64,000 bases of DNA, from assembly GCA_965240325.2 (NCBI GenBank), contig OZ251228.1, forward strand, positions 1,612,001 to 1,676,000. Reading direction: 5' to 3'. This document shows, piece by piece, positions 1-10,133 of this stretch (positions are counted from its first letter, which is position 1; every line of letters begins with the position of its first letter). The translations under genes were made by a program, and so were the position numbers. The stretch is from Rebecca billardiae RCC1528 (Eukaryota; Protista; Haptophyta). A model generated the notes under the pieces. That model did no database searches. It had not been told where the DNA came from and was given only the letters and a program-made list of their open reading frames with translations.

Positions 1-301
1 CACCACTGTTTAGCTCCGAGGACATTGAACCGTCACCGTCAGGCGTCACAAGCAAGCCGCCGTCGCACGCCAATCAGTTATTGGCCAGTGCGTGCGCACA
101 GTCGACGGCTCGGCTGTCGGCACCCGGGATGACGAGTAGCGCCGAGTGGGTGCACGAATACACGCGCAATCACACTGTCGGTGAGATCACCAGAGTCATC
201 TGTCGCGTTATTATTCGTCAGTGAGTCAGGTAGCTCACCATCATCTGTGTGTCGATTGTAGTATTCGTCATCCTGCCCGTCAAACCGCTAAATAAAAGCA
301 G

Positions 302-377
302 CGCGAACCCGCTGGGGAAATATTGCGACAGCACTGGCACGGCCCGCCGACCCCCCCGCCCGCCAGGGCAGAGTTTT
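302..377 (+). repeat. Direct repeat copy 1 (~75 bp; partner at 1833-1912)
   Basis: CGCGAACCCGC...GGAAA.ATTGCGACAGCACTGGCACGGCCCGCCGACCCCCCCGCCCGCCAGGGCA.AGTTT occurs here and again at 1833-1912. Confidence 0.85.
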
Positions 378-1832
378 ATGGCGGGCCGTAGGTCCGCCCC
401 TTGTAGTGCCCGGGAAAAAGATAAGAAAAAGAAAAGGAAAAAAGAAAATCGCCTCGCAAAGAAAAGAAAATCGCCTCGCTCACTGCCGGGTCGCTTCGCT
501 CACTACCGGGCGCCCTCGCAGCTCCCACTGGGGACGCTCGGCCGAAAGAGAGTCCTGGATGGCGCGGAGCGCATGGGCCGCGCGCGCCGAATCCAACGCC
601 GGCGTGGATATCGCGCGGAGACTCCCGAGGGGGGTTTTCGCCCGATTCGCGATTGCTGCCCTCGTCGTCTCGCGTGCAGGTCAAACGGGGGCCAAAGTCG
701 ACGCGTTTGGAGGTACGCTCGGCGCGTCGACACGATCGTGCGACCTGGGGCAGTCCTCGCCCGACTTGCACGTCGAACGCTCGCACGGGCCATTGTATCA
801 AGCGCTGCGCACGACAACCGCCTCGCACGATCCACCGCCGCGCGTCGGGCTCGGTGCGGAAAGGCCCTCATCACGAGGTGTCTCGCGGGCGGGAAGCGCC
901 ATCGCACGCGACGCAAGATTTGGCGCGGCCTTCTGAACTCGATCGCCGGAATCCGCGCACCGGACTCAGTCGTCGCTCGCGGTCCCTCAGCCGAAGCCCA
1001 CGTCCGGCCTGCATGGCGTCGACGGTGACCAATGCGACGGAAGCGCAGCGCCAACGGCGTACGACGCGCAGCGGACGCACCTCCGGGGTCTGTCGCCGTG
1101 ACAGCAACCGCGTCTTCGCGAGTTGGCGACCCTCGCCGCAGCGCGACACAGACAAGCCCGTGATGCCATCCGCAGAGAGATGAATCGTTGAGCATGCAAC
1201 ATCGCCGCGCCATCCTCGTCCATGGCGCAGGCGCTGCGGGACGAGGCGGACGTCGTCACGCCGGTGACGGATGCGCTGCGATTCGTGTGCCTGCGTGAGC
1301 AGCTCGTGCCCAATCTCGATCGCGAGTGGCACACGCTGTCGCTGTGCGCGCGCGCGCGCACAACCAACAGCTCCTCGTGCCGCCAAACACGCGGGCGCCA
1401 GACCTGTCGAAAAGGCGAAGAGCGACGACCGCGTGAACGTCAACGCGCTCGTGCTCAGCGTGGCGGCCGTGTACGACGTCAACGCGACCTGCGCCGAGCC
1501 CATCATGCCCGGAGCGGACATCGGCAAGCATCCTCGCAACGACCGCTCTCGGCTGGCGGCAGGAGGACATGCACACGATCTACTCTGGCGGCTTCGTCGG
1601 CGGCGAGGCGCTCGATTACGCCATCGCGGTCGAGATGCGGCACATACAGCGCGTACCCGCGCTCGCGCGGAGCAACGGGCTACCCGCCCCGCCCCGCGTG
1701 CTGCACATTCCCTCGTGGGTGCGGGCCTTGCTGATGCGCACAGACGTGTGCGTCACGTCGGGCCGGAGAACTTCAGGTGTCACTGGTCCTCGGACTGTCC
1801 GTCGCCCACGGCCACGAGCGAATGTGGAAAGA

Positions 1833-1912
1833 CGCGAACCCGCAGTAGAGAGGAAACATTGCGACAGCACTGGCACGGCCCGCCGACCCCCCCGCCCGCC
1901 AGGGCACAGTTT
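1833..1912 (+). repeat. Direct repeat copy 2
   Basis: Core of about 49 bp is identical to 322-370. Confidence 0.85.
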
Positions 1913-2214
1913 AATAAAGGCCAGTCGGGCCACTGCGGACCCGAGCGGCAGCGGCGCGGACTGATCTAAGTAACTTTCTTACAGAGTTACATGAGACTGC
2001 CTGGGTGCCTGCCGAGCTAGGCGTCAGGTCGAGTGGCGCAATGCTGCGACGCGGGAGTCTGAGCTCAGAACGCGGCCCGCCTAGTCAGGTCAGCGGGTCG
2101 GCGGAAGCATTGACACCACGAATAGAAGCGCCGCCAGCTCTCGGTCCCAGGCCATGCCGGCGTGCCGTAATCCCGGCGTCTCCGATCTGACGCAGGCGGC
2201 ATCGGGCGATGCCA

Positions 2215-5200
2215 TCACATGAGACCGCCGAGGAAGTTGCTCGCCGCCTGCGCGTTGGCACGCGCGTTCTCCACGGCCCGATGGTCGTTGCCCGAGTCCC
2301 ATCCCGAGTCGAGGCTCTGCTGGTTTGGCCACGACGAGACGGGCGGCGGCAGCGGCTCCGGCCGCGGTGGCGGCGGCGGTGGCGCGTTCTGTGCGCGCGA
2401 GGGCGAGGGAGTCGGGCGCGCGGCCGCCGGTGTTGAGTGGCGCGGCGCGCGGCCTCCCGCGCGCGCCGCCGCGGCTGCGCACCTGCCAGTTCCGCTTGAA
2501 CCAGCGCAGCATCTCCTCGAGGCTCGAGTGCACGACGCTGCGGAGCCGGAAGCCCGCCGGCTTGACCGAGACAAGCTCGTGCTTCACAGACTTGGAGGGC
2601 ACGTATGAGAGGACGAGGTGGCCGGGCGCCTTGTCGCACACGGACACGCGGTACGGGATCGAGGCGGGCGCCTCGGCCTTCTCGCGCCGCAGCAGCGAGT
2701 CCACCTCCGCCTGCTTCTTGTGCAGGAACTTGCGGTGCGTCATCGCCTCGGAGACGAGGTCGGAGATGGGCGCGGCGTATCTCGCGTGGATCTCGTCAAG
2801 CGCCTCAAAGGCCTCGCCCTCCGAGCGGCCCTCGGCGTAGCCAACGACGAGGGTGCGCCCGAGCTGCTCGGCGGACGGCTTGTCGCGCTCGAGCACGTCC
2901 ACGTGCAGGATCGTCTCCGGCGCCCACACCCACGACATGGTGAGGTGGTCGTCCCCCTTGGAGGAGGGCCTGAACAAGACATCTCCGGGCGTGCCTGCGC
3001 GCGGCGGACGGTCGGGCGCGGCGCGGGGCGCGGCGCGGGGCGCGCGTGCAAGTGGGCGCCGGCCGCGGCCCCGCGCGCGCACGGCGCGGCGCCGCCGCTC
3101 CGCGCGCGCACCCTGCTTGAGGATCTCGCACGCGCGCTCGTACAGCACGTTCTGAAACAGCGGGTGCGTGATGCGCCGCTTCAGCACCTGCGCGGACCAA
3201 AAACAAACAAGCACGCGCGGCGGAAAAAAAAACGGGGGCGGAAAAAAAAACGGGGGCGCCGGGCGCGCCGGCGCGCGCGGCGCGGAGGCGGAGCGCAGGT
3301 GTCGGGTCGGGCGCGGCAGCACGGGCAGGCAGGCGAGCGGCGGCGTGGACGCGGTACGGTGCGGTGCGTCGGCGCGCGCGGCGCGGCGTGCCTTTGGCGC
3401 AGCGGGCCGCTCGTCGTGCGCGCGCTGCTCGGCAACCGAGCGGAAATCTGCCCTCGCGAGATCGCCGCCTCGGCACGAGATTGTGACCTCGCACTTGGCC
3501 TGGTCGATGTCGTTTGGGCTGAGCACGACGCAGTGGAAGGTGGCGCCCACCGCCACGGGCATCTCCGACTGCTCGTACCCGTCCGACATCTCGTTCGACA
3601 TGAGCTCCGCCGGCAGGAACGCCTGCATGCCGTTGTCGAGCGCGCACCACATTCCGCTCACGCGCTCGCGCGTGCCCTGGCGCACCGCGCGCGCGACCAG
3701 AAGGCCACCTGCGCGCGCGCCGCGCGCGGCGAGCGGCGCCGCGGCCGTTCGGGTGAGAGCGCGGTAGCAGCGCAGCAGCGCAGCAGCGCACCGCGCTCGC
3801 GCTCGCCCGCTCCCCTCGGCGCGCGCCCGCGCTCGCCCGCGCTCGCCCGCCCCCGTCCCCCGCGCGCGTGGCGCTGCGCGCGCGCGCGCACTCGTGAGCG
3901 TGCGCGTTGTCTCGCCGGTCAGCTGCTCGAAGAGGGGCTCGGCGCGGAGCAGCTCGACCTGGGGCGCGTCGGAGCCGTCGAGCGGCGGCGGCGCGTCCGG
4001 CGAGGGCGCGACGAGCACCTCGCGCGGGTCGGCGTACGGCTCGATCAGCGCCGCCTGCATCGCGGTCAGCTGCAGCTCGAGTTCGCGTGGCTCTGCCACC
4101 GTCTGCACTCCACCGATCTCCTCGCCGCGCAGGTGTCGCGCGTACTCGACGACCTCGAGCTGGTTGAGCTCGTCGCGCTTGCCGATGGTGGCGGAGACGG
4201 CCTCGTTGATCGCGCCCTCCTCCTCCGGCAGGTCCTCCTCGTCGTCGTCCGCCGCCGCCTGCACGCACAGCTGCCGGGCGAACTCGTAGTGCTCGGGGTG
4301 CACGCGCGTCATCTCGAGGGTTGGGACCACCTCCGCGTCGTCGTCGAGCGGCGCGAAGAAAATGAAGGGGGCGAGGTTGCGGTAGACGGTGGGCCCGAGG
4401 AGGCCGCGCTCGAGCAGGCCGGCGCGGCTCGCCACGTCGTTCCCCAGCTGCGCGAGCGTCACCAGCTGCTCGAACAGCCGCGCCGCCTTGCGCGGGCCCA
4501 GCCCCGGGACGAACTGCAGAACGTGCCGCGCGTGCGAGCCGTGCGCGACGACCCACGGAAGGTTCACGCCGAGCCGCGCGACGGTGGAGACGAGGCGCGC
4601 GCGCAGCGCGGCGACGAGCGCCTCGCGCGGCACGGCGGACTGCAGCGGGTGCAGGTGCAGCGCCGCGAGCGCCTCGCCGCCCGCCCCCGCCACGTGCGCC
4701 AGCTCGAGCACGAAGTCCTGCGCGGCGCGGCCGAGCGAGACGGCGCGCCACAGCAGCGCGTGCCGGTCGCCGAGCTCGCGCGCCGCTTCCTCGGACGCGG
4801 CGTAGAGCGCGGGCACCTCCTCCGAGCCGTAGACGACGCGGAAGGGCGCGGCGGCGTTCATCTCCGCCAGCGACATCGGGAACGCCGCCGGCCCGTCCAC
4901 GTCGTGGAACGGCTCCCTGAACACGGCGTCGCGGCCGAGCGGTCCTTCGACCATCTCTGTGCGGCCGAGCGGGTGCGCGCACGTGTTGTACGCGGTGAAG
5001 CCGTCGTCGCCGTGGACGGCGCGCACGGCGAGCGCGCGCGAGAGGTGCTCGAGCTCGGTGCGCAGCTCGCGGCAGCGCAGGTGCGACGCGCCGATCACGA
5101 CGAACGACGGCGAGCCGAGCTCCGTCGGCCCGAGGAAGTCTGCCAGCTTGCTCAGCTCGTCCGCCTTGCGGCTCCGGTCGACCTCCGACCGAGTACGCCA

Positions 5201-8034
5201 CTCGCGCCGCTCGGCGCGGCCGAGCTCGTCGAGCCTGGCGGGGAGCAGCCGCGCGGAGACGTGGAGCCACTCGCAGCGCAGGTAGTCGACCAGCTCGCCG
5301 TCCGGCGCGAGCTTCGCGAACATCACCGTCGGCGAGTTGGGGTCCTTGCACGCGGCGACCAGCAGCGCGCGCGCCGCGTACGCGTGGTGCTGCAGTGGGC
5401 GCCGTTCCCAGAGCTCGCGGTCGCGCAGCGGGCGCGCGTCGGCCACGCGCTGGTCGAGCGCGTCGGCGCACGCGCGGAGCAGCGCGCGCTGCCCGTCCGC
5501 CTGCAGCTGCGCCTCGAGCGCGCGCCCCGTCCGCTCGTACAGCAGCCCGGTGAGCGCGCGCGCCAGCAGCAGGCAGCGCTGTCCGTTCCAGCTGGCGCGC
5601 GCCTCGCCCTCCGGGTCGGCCTCGGGCAGCGGGTCGTCCGCAGAGGGGCAGAAGGCGCGGAGCATCTCGGCGTAGAGCTCGTCGCGCTCGAGCGCGCCGT
5701 ACTCGGGCATCGCCACGCGCACGCTGCACAGGCCCTCCGACTCGGCGCGCTTCGCGCGCAGCACGCTCAGCAGCGCCCGTTCGCGCTCGGCAACAGGCAG
5801 CAGGTGCTGTGACACTGGCCGGTCCGCGCCCGCGCGCGCGCCGCGCGCGCGCACGAGCCTACGGAGCGGCTCGCCGTTGTACCGGCGGAGCTCGGCGTGC
5901 TCGTGCGCGGCGTCGATCAGCTTCTCGCCCTTCTCCGTCAGCTCGACCGTCAGCATCGCGCGCTCCACCACGTGCTCCCGGACATACTCCCGGACTTCGG
6001 GCTCGGACGCAAGCTGGTGCGCCGCCAGCTCGCGCATCGCGGCGAGCGCGTCCGACGCGAGTCCGGTGGGGAGTCCGGGGGGCGGCTTGCCGCCGTGCTC
6101 GTCGATCGCCGCGGCCATGAACGCCTCGGCCGCGCCCTCCGCCGTGTCCACCGCCTCGACCACCGCGTGCGTCGGCCAGCCGTCCTTCAGGTTGTCCGCG
6201 AACTGGGCAGACGTCAGCCCGAGCTGGGAGAGTAGCGCCTCCACGCCGGAGCGCTGCGCGGCCTCGAGCAGCCCGTGCTTGAGCGGCCGGCCGTCCGGCC
6301 CGGCGGTGCTGCCCGCGGCGCCGCCGAGCCCGCGCTCGCGCGCCGCGCCGAGCCGCAGCCCGAGGTGCTCGCCCAGGTCCGCCAGCCGCTCCTCGTCCGT
6401 TACTGCCTCGAGCGCGCGCGTAACCGACTGGTCCTCCGCCGAGCCCTCGGCCACGCCCAGCCGCGCGCGCCCCTTGGACCAGAGCGCGCGCAGCTCGGCG
6501 CGCCTGCCGGCGAGCTTGGCCCAGCGCTCGTCGAGGCGCTGCGCGCGCCGCGCCGACGGGGCCGAGCGGCGCCGCGCGCGGAGGGCCGCGCTCAGCCGCG
6601 CGGCGAGGCGGGGCGCCGCAGCAGCCGCGGCCGTGCGCGCGCGCGCGCGCCGCGCGCGCGCGCGCGCACGGCGCCTTCGCGCGCGCCGGGCGTCGAGCGC
6701 GGCGCGCGCACCTGCACCTCCCACAGCCACTCCTCCTGCAGCGCCGGGCCGATGTCGTCCTTCCTGTGCAGCACGATCGTCGGCACCTCGAGCAGCTGCT
6801 CCCGCATGAGCCGCAGTGCGCTAGTCAGGCCAGGCACGAGCGAGGCGACGCGCTCGGCGGCGACGGCGGCGGCGGCGCCGCCGTCGGCCGCGGCGAGCCA
6901 GTCCTGCCCGCGCAGCGCGGCGATCCACTCCGCCTCGAGCCGGAGCTCGCCCTCCGCCGGCGGCGCGCGCCCCACGTGCACAGGCTGCAGCCGCTCCGGC
7001 ACGTCCGTGACTCGCGCCTGCTCGTCAGCGGGGAGCATGAACTTCTTGGCGAGCATTGAGGGCGGGTAGAGCTTGTGCATCTTGGAGGTGGTGTCCTTCG
7101 CGAGCGCGGAGCGCTGCGCCGCGCGCGCCGCGCGGCGCCGCGCCACGCGCTCCTCCTGCTTCACGCGCTGCCGCTCGAGCCGCGCGTCCTCGTCGTCGTC
7201 GTCGTCCGCGCCGTCGTCGTCGTCGTCGTCGTCGACGTCCAGACCTTCGAGCTCGGCGTCGTCGTCGTCGTCGTCGAGCGCGGCGCCGCCGAGCACGTCC
7301 GCGCGGCCGTCCGGCGCGGCCTCGCCGTTCTCCGCGCCACCCGCGTCCTCCATCGCCGCGTCGGCGCCTGCGCGGACGCGGCGGCGCGGCGCGCGGACGT
7401 GGCAGGGCGCGCGCGCGCGCGTTGGGGTAGGGCGGTGCGCGCGCCGCGCTTCCGCGCTTCCGCGCGCGCGGCGCACCCTGGTGCTTGGTCAGCGCGAGCA
7501 GCTCGGCGAGCTCCTCCGCCGTGCCGAAGATGTCCTGCGCCTCCTCAACCTCCTCCGCGCGGCCGGCGTCCTCGTCGTCCGCCCTGTCGAGCCGCACCGC
7601 GCGGCCTTCCTCGTCCACGATGAAACCGTCCTCGTCGTCCGAGCCGATCTCAGACTCCCGCTCGGCGGCGGCGGGCTCGTCGTCGGCGTCGTCCACGTCG
7701 TCGTCGCCGTCGAAGAGCTCCTGCTCGAGCTCGCGCCCCGCGCGCACGGCCTCGTCCCCCTCCTCGCCTTCGCCCGCGCCGCGCGCCGCGCCCTCCTCGC
7801 CCTCGTCCGGCACGCGCGCGCGCTTGTTCAGACGGCGGTACTTGCGCGACTCATCCTCGCGCCGCTTGAACGCGCGGCCCGTGTTCTCCTCGAGCAGGGC
7901 GTAGTCGTCCTCGTCGAGGGCGGCAGACATGTGCCGCTGGCGCTTGCGCCGCGACTTGTGGATCTGCTGATCCTCAGAGTCCTCGTCGTCGTCCCCTGCC
8001 GCCGCTTTGCCCGCGCCGCCGCCGCCGCCGCCGC

Positions 8035-8069
<35 letters not shown>

Positions 8070-8416
8070 TCATTGTCGTCGTCGTCGTCGTCGTCGCCGC
8101 TGCCGCCGCCATCTTCGTCGTCGCCATCGTCATCGTCATCGTCGCCCTCTGCCTCGGCGCCCTCCGCGCCCGGCTCATCGCCTCCTTCGCCGGCGTCGCC
8201 GTCTGCGCCGGCGTCGTCCTCCTCCGCCTGCGCGTCGTCGCCGCCCGCGTCGTCGTCATCCGCACCGCGAGCCAAGCCGGTTTCCCCAGCGTCGTCCGGC
8301 TCCCCGGACCCCAACTCGCGGTCCTCGGGCTCGTCGTCGTCCCCCCACGCCGCGTCCGTCGCTTCGGGAGCAGGGGGCACCCCGCCCCCAGCGCCGCCCG
8401 CGTGCTCGTCAGCCAT
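2215..8416 (-). CDS. SPT6: Transcription elongation factor / histone chaperone SPT6 (multi-exon, about 7 introns)
   Basis: Acidic N-terminus (LDEDDYALLEENTG, EEAQDIFG), DVPERLQ, YqgF-like AVSLGRAAQD, HhH LQFVPGLGPRKA, LEMTRVHPEHY, an S1-like region, and tandem SH2 (ITHPLFQN, FRPSSKGDDHLTMSW, MLRWFK). ATG at 8416. Introns near 7368-7476, 6540-6710, 5808-5855, 3710-3891, 3189-3391, 2995-3111 and 2389-2482. Confidence 0.95.
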
Positions 8417-8488
8417 GGATGACGAGCCCTTGCGCGCGAGCTTGGCGCGAGGAGCCGCCCGGACGCGACCTCGATGGCCCGGAACGCA

Positions 8489-9646
8489 ATGACCACCCGG
8501 CGAATATCCGGAATCTTCAGGCTCGCTTTCTTGGGAGCCGCTTGTTGCATTGGCCTCCCTTGTGCAACCCAGCATTATTATTTCATCGCGCGCCAGTCGC
8601 CTGTCGGGCCGCCCTGCAGGGCGAGGGGCCGGGGGCGACCACTGGCGCGGGGCCGAGGGATGCCGGTCGGCACTCGGCCGCTCGTATCGCTCCTGGTATC
8701 CATTTTCCGGCACCACGATGACCGAGCTGCGGTGCTCAGCTCGTTCATCAACGATCTCACGCAGCAGCGCGGGCTGAGCGAGTGTGAGGTGCTCTTCCTG
8801 AGCACGACGCCGCTCGCAGACGACATAGCAGTGGTGCAGGAGGCGGTGAGCACGCACGAGAACTTTCGGCACTTGTTCTTCGACGTCGATCCGGGCCTGT
8901 ACGGCATGTGGAACCGCGGCTGGGAGGTCTCGCGCGGCACGTACATCTCCAACCTCAACCTCGACGACAGGCTCGCACACGGCGCGCTCATGGCCAAGGT
9001 GCGCTTCCTGCAGCAGAACCCGGTGTGCGACGTGCTCTCGACGGGCGTCGTGACGAGCACCTCGCCCACGCAGTCATTCGCCGAGGCGTACCAGAAGGCG
9101 CGGGACGCCAAGCGCACCGGGCAGCGCTCGGACAACAACGTGTGGTTCCTGCTCGCCGAGAAGGGCTCGCAGTTCCTCTCGCCGGCGGACTTCTTCACGT
9201 TCAGCACGCCGCCGCGCGGCGTGCCGCTGAACACGTCGCACATCACTGGGACGCAGAACTACCCGCACAACTCGCCGGTCTGGCGCCGCGAGCTCCTCCG
9301 CCTCCCGCGCGGCGGCTTTGACCTGAGCGTCGACCCGGTGAGCGACTATGAGCTGTGGCTCCGCGCGATCTGCTCGAAGAAAGTGCTGTGCCACCTGAAC
9401 CGCGTGACGCACACGTACTTCGTCGACGTGCACTCGCACAACCGACGCGACGTCGAGACGCCCGAAGGGCGGCAGAAGCGCGTGGACACGCTCAACGGCG
9501 TCATCGACCGGCATCGCTCCTGCGTGTCAGAAGATCTGAAGGCGCGGAGCGGCGGCAGGGCGGCGGGCGATGGCAAGCCCACGCTCACCTTCAGGGCGGC
9601 GAGGTCGCAGAAAGACAAGGACTGGGACGTCGACCGCATCGGCTGA
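8489..9646 (+). CDS. Glycosyltransferase family 2-like protein with an N-terminal hydrophobic segment; intronless
   Basis: PLVSLLVSIF, DPGLYGMWNRG, YISNLNLDD (DxD-like), HNSPVWRR, FD..SDYELWLR. An alternative ATG lies at 8474. Confidence 0.8.
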   Translation: MTTRRISGIFRLAFLGAACCIGLPCATQHYYFIARQSPVGPPCRARGRGRPLARGRGMPVGTRPLVSLLVSIFRHHDDRAAVLSSFINDLTQQRGLSECEVLFLSTTPLADDIAVVQEAVSTHENFRHLFFDVDPGLYGMWNRGWEVSRGTYISNLNLDDRLAHGALMAKVRFLQQNPVCDVLSTGVVTSTSPTQSFAEAYQKARDAKRTGQRSDNNVWFLLAEKGSQFLSPADFFTFSTPPRGVPLNTSHITGTQNYPHNSPVWRRELLRLPRGGFDLSVDPVSDYELWLRAICSKKVLCHLNRVTHTYFVDVHSHNRRDVETPEGRQKRVDTLNGVIDRHRSCVSEDLKARSGGRAAGDGKPTLTFRAARSQKDKDWDVDRIG

Positions 9647-10133
9647 CGAGTTGGCGGCGCGAACGCTACGGCTGTGTGTGGCAATGCCCTCCGGGCTGGG
9701 CTGCCATTAGGCCGGCAGCGTCAGGACTCAGGTATCAGGTGACACTGACAGGTTCGGGGCCGCATCACAATCGTCACATCACAGACATCACTGTGTCGTG
9801 ATCACTCATATCATCAGTATTCAGTTTATTACGACACGTATATATATATAGGATCAGAACCGCGCCGTGAGAACCGTCGGGGCGTCGTCGGCGCCGTCGG
9901 CGGTCCAGCCCGCCGTCTCGGACCGAGTTACGACTGCTGAGTGCTGTGAGACAGCCGCCGCCAACGGTGAACGGACATGAGACAGCGACGACAGCTTAGC
10001 GATGCTGATGTCATCCGAAGTAGTTTTATACGCGTAGAACTTTGTGATGACTCACAGTTGGCTGCCACCGCGAGCAGACACATGTCACTGCGAGACAATT
10101 GTCAGCGGCGAGGCGACGACTCGGGCTGCGAGT

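Noticed and set aside
3220-3260. GGAAAAAAAAACGGGGGC duplicated motif, similar to 35892-35935
   Set aside because: Short and low-complexity; could be consensus error, so not enough to call an element.
2618-5812. 1064-aa plus-strand ORF and similar long Arg/Ala-rich ORFs
   Set aside because: Antisense or alternative-frame shadows of real genes in very high-GC DNA, with no domain motifs.
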